A stretch of DNA of 64,000 nucleotides from Candidatus Sulfomarinibacteraceae bacterium (GTDB lineage: Bacteria; Acidobacteriota; Thermoanaerobaculia; Thermoanaerobaculales; Sulfomarinibacteraceae). Shown here in pieces: positions 19,364 through 30,482 of this stretch; positions within the stretch are counted from its first letter, which is position 1; each line of letters starts with the position of its first letter. The stretch covers positions 435,935-499,934 of the forward strand of contig CAVUHO010000003.1 in assembly GCA_963741385.1 (NCBI GenBank), read 5' to 3'. The position numbers were made by a program, and so were the translations under genes. The notes beneath the pieces are model-generated. The model saw only the letters and a program-made list of their open reading frames with translations, did no database searches and had not been told where the DNA came from.

Positions 19364-19376
19364 CGTTTGAACGTTG
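19341..19376. repeat. AACGTT-type ~8-nt array containing a 9-bp inverted repeat GTTCAAACG/CGTTTGAAC
   Basis: CGTTCAAACGTGAAACGTTCTAGCGTTTGAACGTTG. Same unit family as 7410-7449. Confidence 0.75.
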
Positions 19377-19491
19377 CCCACCCACCCGGCAGGCGGGACG
19401 CCTGCCCCACAAAGGCCCCGGCGCTACATTTCTGAATATGCGATCGGTCTCAAGCCCCAGGCCTTTTTCGTGTTCGGCATGGCCGGACATG

Positions 19492-19515
19492 AAAAAACCG
19501 GGCCTGGCGGCCCGG
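19492..19515 (-). terminator. candidate intrinsic terminator (minus strand) downstream of the LOR/SDH-like gene
   Basis: Minus strand reads CCGGGCC-gcca-GGCCCGG followed by TTTTTT. It lies about 170 nt after the stop at 19686. Confidence 0.5.
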
Positions 19516-19685
19516 AGAGATCAGGGGAAATAATTGTGGTCGTGGGAAGCCGGAGCTTCCAGCGACATTGATGTGTACGTCTGTCGGTGTCTCGGCCACG
19601 ATCGCGTGAAGCGCGGGCCGTCGCACCGGCAGAACGTCTCAGACGGTATCGCGTCCTGGCCGGCAAATCAACCCGGGATCCAGCA

Positions 19686-21008
19686 TCAGGCGCCGACCTC
19701 GGCTGCGAGGTATTCCTCGAGATAGGCGTAATCGGGCGTCAGTTTGCCGTGGTGGACGATGGTGGCCCGTTTGAGTTCGGGCGGCAGGTCGAGTTCTTCG
19801 AAGGGGACCGAGAAGTCGGCGGCGGCGAGCGCCGGCAGGAATTGGGCGAGCGCCTTGGAAAACTCTTCTGAGGCCTCCCGGGGCAATTCGGAGGGCAGGA
19901 TTTCGACGGCGAGCACCACCGGTCCGTGGCCTTCGACCCCGGAGGTGACGGAGCCGTCTGAGGGGTCGTAAACGTAGACCGGGTCGGCGGGCTCGGTGCT
20001 CTTGACGGTGCACTCAATCGCACCCTCGATGTCGCAGCTGAGGTCGCCGATGACCTTGAGCCGCGGCGGTTCGGCACCGCAGTAAAGGGTCTTCAGTTGC
20101 TCGGTGGTGACGAGTCGCGGGTAGCGGGCATCCCAATAGATGCAGTTCACAAGAACCGTCAGTTGGGGAAGGTAGTTTTCGAAGATCGATCTGTAGTTCT
20201 CGGGATGGCTGTAATAGTCCTGGAGATCGAAGGCAGCGCCGGGCGAGACCGGTTCGACGAGATGCTCCTCGCGAAAGGTCGTCTGGTAGAGACAGTGAGG
20301 GGACGGTTGCTCAAACAGCGATTCCAGGGCACCCGGTTCGACTTCACGGGTCGGCAGCTCTGCCAGGATCTCGCGGGCGCCGGTGGCCACGTTGCCGTAG
20401 CCCGAAATGCCGATGATGAGGGGCGGCAGGCTGGGGTCGAGCCCGTTCGACGCGATCTTTTCGCCGGCCTTGCGAATGGCGCGTTTGGCGTCATGGAGGG
20501 AGGGGTAGCTGATGGCCTGTTCGATCTCCGCGAGCGGCGTTGTGATGCCTTCGCGGCGCAGCCGTTGGCCGAGCGCCCACAGGGTGTCGATCATCCCCGC
20601 GAGACCGGCGTAGCGGCCGAAGAAAATGAGCCTTTGACCCTCGTCGTTGGTAATCGTTTCGTAGTCGATCAGGGTGCTGCCGCGTTCCAGGATCCTGGCC
20701 AGCATCGGCATGTTGTAAGGCTGACCCTTGATGACGTGCGAGAAGAAAATGTAGGCGGTGCCGGGCTGGAACGACTCGAGCGGGATCTCCTTGACGCCGA
20801 CCACCACCTGCGCCTCCGAGGTGTTTCCGGTGAGTCGCGCTCCGGCATGGATGTATTCATTATCAGGAAAGATCCGACGTGAGGAAGGCTGTACCAGGAT
20901 CTCGAGGCTGTTTTGCGACACCAGCCGACGTGCGAGGTCCGGTGTTACCGCGGCTCGTCGCTCCCACAGGCTCTTTGTTTCACGCCGTACGGCGATGACG
21001 TTTTTCAT
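19686..21008 (-). CDS. alanine dehydrogenase/PNT-like N-terminal domain protein of the LOR/SDH (lysine-oxoglutarate reductase/saccharopine dehydrogenase-like) type
   Basis: N-terminus VIAVRRETKSLWERRAAVTPDLARRLV...ILVQPSSRRIFPDNEY is LKR-like. Start taken at ATG 21008, with GGAG 8 nt upstream. Confidence 0.65.
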   Translation of the reverse strand: MKNVIAVRRETKSLWERRAAVTPDLARRLVSQNSLEILVQPSSRRIFPDNEYIHAGARLTGNTSEAQVVVGVKEIPLESFQPGTAYIFFSHVIKGQPYNMPMLARILERGSTLIDYETITNDEGQRLIFFGRYAGLAGMIDTLWALGQRLRREGITTPLAEIEQAISYPSLHDAKRAIRKAGEKIASNGLDPSLPPLIIGISGYGNVATGAREILAELPTREVEPGALESLFEQPSPHCLYQTTFREEHLVEPVSPGAAFDLQDYYSHPENYRSIFENYLPQLTVLVNCIYWDARYPRLVTTEQLKTLYCGAEPPRLKVIGDLSCDIEGAIECTVKSTEPADPVYVYDPSDGSVTSGVEGHGPVVLAVEILPSELPREASEEFSKALAQFLPALAAADFSVPFEELDLPPELKRATIVHHGKLTPDYAYLEEYLAAEVGA

Positions 21009-21099
21009 GCACAACTCCGCCGCTCAGGATATATCCGTCGGTGTCGGCCCACAAGGGAGGGTCTCGACAATCCGCGACCGAGACGATAAAGTTCCCGCC

Positions 21100-21480
21100 A
21101 TGAAGAAGATATTTCTCGTTTTGTTGTGTCTTGGTGTGGTTGTTGGATGCAAGTCGACGGTGACGACTCCGGAAGGCACCGATGCGCAGTACAGCACGGC
21201 CGAGGGCGTGATGCGGTCGACGCTCCCGGGCGCCATGCCGGACGTCGTCAACGCGACCACCGCCAGCCTCACCGATCTCGAGCTGGTCGCCATCGACAGC
21301 ACCGTCGACAAGCTCAAAGGCAAGATCACGGCGCGCATGGCGGTCGGCACCAAGGTCACGATCAACCTCGAGGCGGTCGACTTCTCAAGCACCTCGATCA
21401 AGATCAAGGTCGGGACCTTCGGCGACCGCTCGATCTCGCTGCAGATCCTGCAGAACATCGAAAAGAGACTGGGGAAATAG
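21100..21480 (+). CDS. lipoprotein (DUF3568-like)
   Basis: MKKIFLVLLCLGVVVGC contains a lipobox. Length 126 aa. The track ORF is over-extended upstream. Confidence 0.7.
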   Translation: MKKIFLVLLCLGVVVGCKSTVTTPEGTDAQYSTAEGVMRSTLPGAMPDVVNATTASLTDLELVAIDSTVDKLKGKITARMAVGTKVTINLEAVDFSSTSIKIKVGTFGDRSISLQILQNIEKRLGK

Positions 21481-21599
21481 TTCGGAATTCGGAATTCGGA
21501 ATTCGGAATTTTTCCACCTGCTCTGAACGGGTGGATGTTGAAGCAGGTTGGATGCTTCCATAATTCAAAATTAAGAATTCAAAACTCAAAATTGAAAAA
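21481..21599. repeat. composite element: (TTCGGAA)x4 - core with CCACC..CTGAAC..GGTGG hairpin - (AATTCAA/AATTAAG/AACTCAA/AATTGAA) array
   Basis: Read directly from the sequence. The core TTCCACCTGCTCTGAACGGGTGGATG resembles the core of element 9258-9374. Confidence 0.85.
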
Positions 21600-21625
21600 G
21601 CCCCCGCAACACGAGGTGCGGGGGC
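21595..21625 (-). terminator. intrinsic terminator of fadA (minus strand)
   Basis: GCCCCCGCA-N8-TGCGGGGGC. On the minus strand it is followed by CTTTTTCAATTTTGAGTTTTGAATT. It lies 22 nt after the fadA stop. Confidence 0.75.
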
Positions 21626-21647
21626 TTGGTGTATAGCTCTGTCAGCC

Positions 21648-22811
21648 TTATGCCATCTCTAAAAGATAGGCGAACCCCATTCCGCCGCCAATGCACATGG
21701 TGACGATACCGCGTTTGCCGCCGCGGCGTTTGAGCTCGCCGAGGATCTTGACGGTCAGCACGGCGCCGGTGGCGCCCAACGGGTGGCCGGTGGCGATGGC
21801 GCCGCCGTTGACGTTGGTCTTTTCGGGGTCGAGCCCGAGCTCCTTGACGCAGTAGACCGACTGGCTGGCAAAGGCCTCGTTGATCTCGATCAGGTCGATG
21901 TCGCCGAGTTTGAGACCGGTCTTTTTGAGCAGCTTTGGAACCGCTGCCGCGGGACCGATCCCCATGACATCCGGGTCGACGCCGGCCACCGCCCAGTGGC
22001 GCACGAAGGCGATCGGCGGCAGCTCCATGGTGTCTGCCACGTCGTTGCCCATGATCACGACCGCCGCGGCGCCGTCGTTGATCTGCGAGGCGTTGCCGGC
22101 GGTGACCGTTCCCATGGGGTCGAACACAGGCTTGAGCTTTGCCAGACCCTCGACGGTGGTGTCGGCTCTCGGCCCCTCGTCGACGTCGAAGTGGATGTCG
22201 CGCCAGGCGCCATTTTCGCGGACGCGGACATCGAGCGGCACGATCTCGTCGGCGAACTTGCCCGACTCGAGAGCCGCGACCGCTTTCATGTGCGAGTTGT
22301 AAGCGAACTCATCCTGGGCCTCGCGGGTGATGCCGAAACGCTTGGCCACCACCTCGGCGGTCGTGCCCATCGCGGCATAGGCGTTGGGCATGGTTTCCAT
22401 GAGGCCGGGGTAGGCGATGGGTTTGTTGCCGCCCATGGCGACCATCGACATCGACTCGACGCCGCCGGCAATGATGATGTCGGAGTTCCCAGCTCTGATC
22501 GTGTCGGTGGCGAGGGCGATGGTCTGGGAGCCGGAGGAACAGAATCGGTTGACGGTCATGGCCGGTACCGAGGTCGGGAAACCTGCGGCGAAGGCGATGA
22601 GCCTGGCCACGTTCATGCCCTGTTCGCCCTCGGGCATGGCGCAGCCGAGGATCACGTCATCCACAGTCTTCGGGTCGAGGCCGGGTGTTCGGGCCACCAG
22701 GGCCTTGATCATCTCGGAGGCAAAGTACTCGGGACGGGTGTCGCGCAGGCTGCCCTTCTTGGCCCTGCCGATGGCCGTGCGGGCTGCTGAAACGATGACT
22801 GCTTCGCGCAT
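21648..22811 (-). CDS. fadA: acetyl-CoA C-acyltransferase (thiolase)
   Basis: 387 aa. [23 protein letters not shown] (active-site Cys), [28 protein letters not shown]. Confidence 0.95.
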   Translation of the reverse strand: MREAVIVSAARTAIGRAKKGSLRDTRPEYFASEMIKALVARTPGLDPKTVDDVILGCAMPEGEQGMNVARLIAFAAGFPTSVPAMTVNRFCSSGSQTIALATDTIRAGNSDIIIAGGVESMSMVAMGGNKPIAYPGLMETMPNAYAAMGTTAEVVAKRFGITREAQDEFAYNSHMKAVAALESGKFADEIVPLDVRVRENGAWRDIHFDVDEGPRADTTVEGLAKLKPVFDPMGTVTAGNASQINDGAAAVVIMGNDVADTMELPPIAFVRHWAVAGVDPDVMGIGPAAAVPKLLKKTGLKLGDIDLIEINEAFASQSVYCVKELGLDPEKTNVNGGAIATGHPLGATGAVLTVKILGELKRRGGKRGIVTMCIGGGMGFAYLLEMA

Positions 22812-22826
22812 CGTGATGCTCCTTTC

Positions 22827-25253
<2,427 letters not shown>

Positions 25254-25322
25254 GGATGTACCTCCCGGTTGGTTCAGGGATGAGTGCCGGACCTCGCGGT
25301 TCGAGGTCGTGTGGCGATATGG

Positions 25323-25340
25323 TGAATGAACACTCATTCA
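25323..25340. promoter_or_regulatory. perfect palindrome TGAATGA-ACAC-TCATTCA, candidate FadR(TetR-type) operator for fadN-fadA
   Basis: 7-bp arms with a 4-nt spacer, 70 nt upstream of the fadN start on the minus strand. Confidence 0.45.
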
Positions 25341-25802
25341 TTCTGCACAAAACGCCGCACGTTGGCAAGGACTTTCGTGGCCGGTTGGGAGTCATCCCGT
25401 GCCACGATCGATTGAGGAGAGCCAAGAGTCTTCAATACAGCAGCTTAAGGGAGCTCGCACCGGATCAGCAAAGGCTCGGGCGGAGAATGCCGTACCGCGG
25501 CATATGGGCATTACAACTCGACGAGACCCCAGCCCGGACCCGAATCGACAACCTGAAATCTTGAGACAAGACATGGAAGGAATTCACAGTCGGTGAGATT
25601 CTCGAGTTCATCCGCGCAGCGACTGAGCATGACTGATGATGGGGGGCTGCAAACTGGAAGCGAGAATCATGCCGATTATGGTAGAGTCATATAGGACAGT
25701 GGTTTAGCTCGTTTGTCGGAAACCCTGATATACCAGCCGTTTTGGAAGATCGCACATGGTAACAAAGTTGGCGGGTAGGCCCGCGGGGGACAGGCACCAT
25801 TC

Positions 25803-27053
25803 ATGAAGGGCGCGAAGGCCGTCCTTTGGCTGATTGCGTTATGGTGCCTCTGGCCGGTGGGCGTGAGTGCTCAGTCCCAGACCCAGCTTTCGACCCAGAG
25901 CACAGGACCGACGGCGTCGAACTCGAACGAGTCGATCATGGTTGGTCCGTTTCTCTTCAGTCCGACGATCCAGCTGAGCTGGCAGGCCCGCGACAACATC
26001 TTCTTCACGCCCGACAACGAGGTCGCCGATCAGGTCTATCAGGCCGGCGCGACCTTCCTCTTTGAAATGCCGATCAACCAGTCCTTCATTCACTTCTCGT
26101 ACTCCCCGCTTTACACGGATTACAAGAGGTACGATCTCGAGGACAAGTGGTCGCACTTTTTTGACGTTGGCGGAACGTTTTCATTTTCCAACGGGCTGGT
26201 GTTGAACGCCACTTACAACTACATCATCGGTAATCTCCAGACCCGCCAAGTCGACGCCGGCGGCGAGCTCTATTACGGCGACCCGCACTTCGTGAAGCAA
26301 TTGGCGGTGGTCGGAGCGCAGTACTGGTTTACCCCCCGTGACGGGATGTTCGTCGAGGCCGGTTGGACGGATCTGGAAAACTCCGACCCGACGTTTTTCT
26401 ACGACTACAACCGGGTCGGGGCGGGATTGGGGTGGATTCACCAGATGGGGCCGAACACGACGATGGACGTGCGGTATGCCCGCTCGAAATTCGATGCGCA
26501 CGACACCGAATACACTTCCAACGGGTTTCGGGATTCCGTGTCGACCGAGGTGACGGCGGGCGTCAAAGGGCAACTGAACCCGGTCGTGGGAACCGAGATC
26601 CGAGTCGGCTACATGGTGATCAATTACGACCTCCAGCCTGGCGATCCCGATGTCAGCGATTTCAAAGGTTTTATCGTCAACGGTTTCTTTGACTGGTCAC
26701 TCGGCCACGGTTCGGTGGTCCGGCTCGAACTGTTGCGATCACCCTATCCCTCCAACTATGCCGACAACGCGAACTACCTGGCGACCGGCGGTGCGCTTCA
26801 ATACAGCCTCGATCGGGGTTCGATTTTCGGGTCGCTGAGCGGGGGTTTTCAAAACAACGACTATGAACTACCGGACCCCCAGACCGGCGAGAAGCGGTCG
26901 GACGATATTCTGACGCTGGGCCTGGGTATGGGCTATCGCTTTACCCACTATTTTTCGCTGTGGGGATCCTACGTGTATGAGGACCGTGCTTCGCTCTACC
27001 AGTACTCCTACACCACGAACATCTTCACTCTCGGGCTGGTCTTCGGATTCTGA
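25803..27053 (+). CDS. outer-membrane beta-barrel protein (EPS-locus associated type)
   Basis: Signal peptide MKGAKAVLWLIALWCLWPVGVSAQ. Alternating aromatic/Gly-rich strands. C-terminal NIFTLGLVFGF ends in Phe, the OMP signature. Confidence 0.7.
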   Translation: MKGAKAVLWLIALWCLWPVGVSAQSQTQLSTQSTGPTASNSNESIMVGPFLFSPTIQLSWQARDNIFFTPDNEVADQVYQAGATFLFEMPINQSFIHFSYSPLYTDYKRYDLEDKWSHFFDVGGTFSFSNGLVLNATYNYIIGNLQTRQVDAGGELYYGDPHFVKQLAVVGAQYWFTPRDGMFVEAGWTDLENSDPTFFYDYNRVGAGLGWIHQMGPNTTMDVRYARSKFDAHDTEYTSNGFRDSVSTEVTAGVKGQLNPVVGTEIRVGYMVINYDLQPGDPDVSDFKGFIVNGFFDWSLGHGSVVRLELLRSPYPSNYADNANYLATGGALQYSLDRGSIFGSLSGGFQNNDYELPDPQTGEKRSDDILTLGLGMGYRFTHYFSLWGSYVYEDRASLYQYSYTTNIFTLGLVFGF

Positions 27054-27095
27054 CACCCGGTGAGAGGTGCGGGCTATGTGTGCTACGGTTCGGCC

Positions 27096-27935
27096 ATGAG
27101 TGTGAGACTGATTTCCTTCGCGATCGCCATCGGGTTGTGCATCGCCCCCGCGAGTGTGGGCGGCCAGGATATGGCGGTCGATGCCCAGAGCTATCAGGTT
27201 GGTATCGGTGACGTGATTGACGTGATGACCTTCGGCCACGACGAGATCTCGGGGGAATTCACGATTCAACCGTCCGGCGTGATCATCTTCCCCCTTCTGG
27301 GTGCGGTTCCGGTGGCGGGCAGGACGCCGGCCGAGGTGGGTGCGGTTCTCGAGACGTTGCTCGAGAAGGACTACTACGTGGACGTTCAACTCAAGGTCGA
27401 GATGAAATTGTTCGCGTCGCAGCCGGTCACCCTGCTCGGCGAAATTCAGAACCCCGGGACCTATTATCTCGAGGGGCGGACCTCGCTCACCGATTTGCTG
27501 GCGAAGGCCGGCGGTCTCAAACCGACCGCGGGGCCGACGCTCGAGCTCCGTCACGTCACCCGGGTTGACGGCGAGGGCCCGCCGCCGCCGATGGTGTTCG
27601 CCACCGCCGAGATCCTCAGCGGCGAAGTGGGCCGTGACGTCCTGCTGCAGGCCGGCGATGTGCTCGCTGTGGCCGCGAAAAAGCTGTACTTCATCACCGG
27701 CGAGGTCGCGAGGCCGGGCCAGTACGAAATCACCCTCGGTATGACCCTCATGCAGGCGATATCACAGGCGGGTGGTGTCGGGAAGTTCGCGTCGCAGTCC
27801 CTCGAGGTTCACCGTCTGGTCAACGGGGAGAAAGAGATTCTCAGTTTCGACCTGGCCCACATCCGGAAGGGCCGGGTTGCCGACCCGGCGATCGAGGCAG
27901 GTGACGTGATTTACGTCAAACGACGGTTTTTCTGA
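27096..27935 (+). CDS. polysaccharide export protein (Wza-like; Poly_export plus SLBB)
   Basis: YQVGIGDVIDVMTFGHDEISGEFTIQPSGVIIFPLLGAVPVAGRTPAEV and later GDVLAV...YFITGEVARPGQYEI. Start set at ATG 27096 (signal peptide MSVRLISFAIAIGLCIAPASVGG). Confidence 0.85.
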   Translation: MSVRLISFAIAIGLCIAPASVGGQDMAVDAQSYQVGIGDVIDVMTFGHDEISGEFTIQPSGVIIFPLLGAVPVAGRTPAEVGAVLETLLEKDYYVDVQLKVEMKLFASQPVTLLGEIQNPGTYYLEGRTSLTDLLAKAGGLKPTAGPTLELRHVTRVDGEGPPPPMVFATAEILSGEVGRDVLLQAGDVLAVAAKKLYFITGEVARPGQYEITLGMTLMQAISQAGGVGKFASQSLEVHRLVNGEKEILSFDLAHIRKGRVADPAIEAGDVIYVKRRFF

Positions 27936-28107
27936 AGTACTGCGGTCCGGACACGTGGCGGTCACCGACGCACCGCGGTGCTGCGCTCATGGTGGCGTCG
28001 ATCCGGTGTGTTGACAATGCTTTGGCTGCTTCGTAGACTCGGATGAAGCTGGAGATCTTCGGTCCGGTTTGAGGGCGGTCCCACCGAGTTCCCGCAGCCT
28101 GGGAGAA

Positions 28108-28989
28108 ATGATGCGACTTTTCGAACACTCGAACCGGATCTCGCGGTCATCGCGTGTCACCTTCGCGCTGGCGGCGATCGTGGTGGCCGGGTCGACCTGG
28201 TCAGAGGCACAGAAAACGTCGGTGACGGCGGACCGCGTGCAGTGCGTTCCCGCCGGGGCGAACGCTGTTGTTCAGGCGACTGTGGCCAACAACCAACCGG
28301 ACACCACGACCAGGCTCTTCTTCAGGAGAATGAACGACGTCGTCGAGGACCTCTACTATGTCGACATGTATCCGGAGGGCGACGGTCGTTACTGGGCGGT
28401 CATGCCAAAGGCGGAAAAACGCGAGCTCGACCGCCACGAGATCGAACGTCGGAGGGACGAATCGGCCGCCAACAATCCGGAAGCAATCTGGTGGCGGGAG
28501 AAGGAAGCCTCAGACGATCGCAACCCGAACAAGGACCTCGATCAGGATGAAATCCGCGAGCGCGCGAGTGTCGGTAAAACCGAGCAACGCGACTGGATGA
28601 GCACTCTGAGCGACCAGCAGTTCGAACAGTGGCTGGACACGTTGGAGTACGAGCCGGTCGAGTACTTCGCGGCGGTTTTCGGGCCCACCGGGGATCTGAT
28701 CGCGCGGTCTCCGATGATGATCGGGGAGGTGCGATCGGAGTCGGACTGCGACGTCGAACTCACACCCTTACAGCTGGGTGAGACCCAAAACCTGGTTGTG
28801 GGGGAGACGGCCTCATGGCAGCGCGGCAAGCCGGTCTATCACTGGCTCTGCGATGGCGTCGTGGCGCGGGTCAATCCCGAGGGGATCAAACGACCGGATG
28901 AAATCTGCCGAACCTGTGTGCCGTGCATCAACCAGGCTAGTGTCCTCAACTACACCATCGGCGGCGCGGTCTCGCCTTCTGATTTCTGA
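28108..28989 (+). CDS. hypothetical secreted protein, charged central region, Cys-rich C-terminus
   Basis: MMRLFEHSNRISRSSRVTFALAAIVVAGSTWSEAQ is signal-like. GGGAG RBS. No motif recognised. C-terminus: CRTCVPCINQ. Confidence 0.55.
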   Translation: MMRLFEHSNRISRSSRVTFALAAIVVAGSTWSEAQKTSVTADRVQCVPAGANAVVQATVANNQPDTTTRLFFRRMNDVVEDLYYVDMYPEGDGRYWAVMPKAEKRELDRHEIERRRDESAANNPEAIWWREKEASDDRNPNKDLDQDEIRERASVGKTEQRDWMSTLSDQQFEQWLDTLEYEPVEYFAAVFGPTGDLIARSPMMIGEVRSESDCDVELTPLQLGETQNLVVGETASWQRGKPVYHWLCDGVVARVNPEGIKRPDEICRTCVPCINQASVLNYTIGGAVSPSDF

Positions 28990-29103
28990 GCGTATTCAGC
29001 GTCCGTGCCCGGCGACTGTCGGTGGTTGGGGACGTCCGACGTCCCGCGCCGCGTCACCCGCCGGGACGGGGTAAATTCCCGCGCAACCTGTTGGGAGGTC
29101 CAC

Positions 29104-29883
29104 ATGAGTTATGACAACCTGCTGATTCAAGACGCCGGAGGGGTGCGTTGGATCACCCTCAACCGGCCCGAGAAACTGAACGCACTCAATGGCGCAACGC
29201 TTGCGGAGCTCGATCACGCGGTGGCGGCGGCGGGAAGTGACGACGCGGTCCACGCCGTGGTTCTCACCGGCGCCGGCGAGAAGGCGTTCGTGGCGGGCGC
29301 GGACATCGCCGAACTCAACACCCTCGGGCCGGTGGCGGCGAAGGAGTTCGCCCTGCGGGGACAGGCTATTTTCAATCGCATCGAACGATTGAACAAACCC
29401 GCGATCGCAGCCGTCAACGGTTTTGCCCTCGGTGGCGGTTGCGAGCTTGCCATGTCCTGCCATCTGAGGGTGGCGTCGTCAAACGCGATCTTCGGTCAAC
29501 CCGAGGTCAAACTTGGTTTGATTCCGGGGTACGCGGGCACCCAGCGGTTGCCGAGACTGGTGGGAAGGGGTCGTGCCCTCGAACTGTTGCTGACCGGGCG
29601 CAATGTTGGGGCTGAGGAGGCTGAGCGGATCGGCCTCGTGAACGCTGTGTGCCAACCGGACCAGCTCACCGACACAGTCACCGGTCTCCTGGGCAAGATC
29701 CTGGCCAATTCTCCACTGGCGGTGGCTCACTGCATCGAGGCCGTCAACCACGGGCTCGACATGCCGTTCGACGACGGATGCCTGCTCGAGGCGACCCTCT
29801 TCGGTGTCGGTGCGGCGAGCGAACAGATGCGGGAAGGGACGTCAGCCTTCCTCGAAAAACGGAAGGCGGTTTTCCGCTCCTGA
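29104..29883 (+). CDS. enoyl-CoA hydratase (crotonase family)
   Basis: ITLNRPEKLNALN, LTGAGEKAFVAGADI, AAVNGFALGGGCELAM, EGTSAFLEKR. ATG 29104 follows GGGAGG. Confidence 0.92.
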   Translation: MSYDNLLIQDAGGVRWITLNRPEKLNALNGATLAELDHAVAAAGSDDAVHAVVLTGAGEKAFVAGADIAELNTLGPVAAKEFALRGQAIFNRIERLNKPAIAAVNGFALGGGCELAMSCHLRVASSNAIFGQPEVKLGLIPGYAGTQRLPRLVGRGRALELLLTGRNVGAEEAERIGLVNAVCQPDQLTDTVTGLLGKILANSPLAVAHCIEAVNHGLDMPFDDGCLLEATLFGVGAASEQMREGTSAFLEKRKAVFRS

Positions 29884-29990
29884 TCGGGACGATGACGTGC
29901 AGTTGCCGCGTCGATATCCATCGTCGACAGGGCTCGCCCGGTCGGTTGTGCGGCGACCCGGGCCCACGTAGTATCCTTGGAGCGGTAAAG

Positions 29991-30482
29991 TTGCGTCCGT
30001 GGAGGTTGTTGGTGGTCGAAGAGAAGGAATCGCCGCGCACGATCAAGGTCGTCGATCGACGCTGGTTCACAGTCGAGGGTGACCCGCGAAACGACGTGCC
30101 CCGCAAGGCGGAACCCACACCCGATGTCGAACCGCCGCCCGTCGCCGGGCCGGACCCGGCCCGGCGGGCTCCAGCGGTCCCGCCCTCGACCCAACCGGCA
30201 GACCCTCCCGTGGCGACCGGGGCAGTTCCCCCATTCCAGCCGAACCGGGCTGCAACAACGTCACCCGTTTTTGTCGAGCTGGTGGTCACGCTTGCCCAGC
30301 AGGCGGAGTTGCTGCTGGTTGGTGCGGAGGATGTGCCGGCCGAGCCCGACGAGGCGCGCCGGCTGATCGATTACCTGGCTGCCCTCGAGTCAAAGACCAC
30401 CGGCAACCTGTCGCCGGAGGAAGCGCAGGTTCTTTCAAGCGTCGTGTTCCAACTGCGGACCATGTTCATCCAGAGCCGGTGA
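29991..30482 (+). CDS. DUF1844 domain protein (start uncertain: TTG 29991, or TTG/GTG at 30009-30012)
   Basis: IKVVDRRWF at the N-terminus, a Pro-rich linker, and C-terminal FVELVVTLAQQAELLL...ARRLIDYLAALESKTTGNLSPEE..L..V.FQLR, which fits the DUF1844 pattern. Confidence 0.6.
   Translation: MRPWRLLVVEEKESPRTIKVVDRRWFTVEGDPRNDVPRKAEPTPDVEPPPVAGPDPARRAPAVPPSTQPADPPVATGAVPPFQPNRAATTSPVFVELVVTLAQQAELLLVGAEDVPAEPDEARRLIDYLAALESKTTGNLSPEEAQVLSSVVFQLRTMFIQSR

Noticed and set aside
25341-25802. Small ORFs (25256-25564, 25399-25596, 25392-25574) and a possible ncRNA or tRNA in the 460-bp fadN/OMP divergent region
   Set aside because: The translations are not protein-like, and there is no T-loop (GGTTCRANYC) or cloverleaf. 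I could not support any structured RNA by eye. It is probably promoter and leader sequence.
29649-29990. N-terminal 114 aa of the track ORF 29649-30482, overlapping the 3' end of the enoyl-CoA hydratase gene
   Set aside because: The translation is R/G/P-rich junk in an alternate frame of echA. The DUF1844-like sequence begins only near 29991-30012, where an RBS-like GGAG/GGAGG is present.
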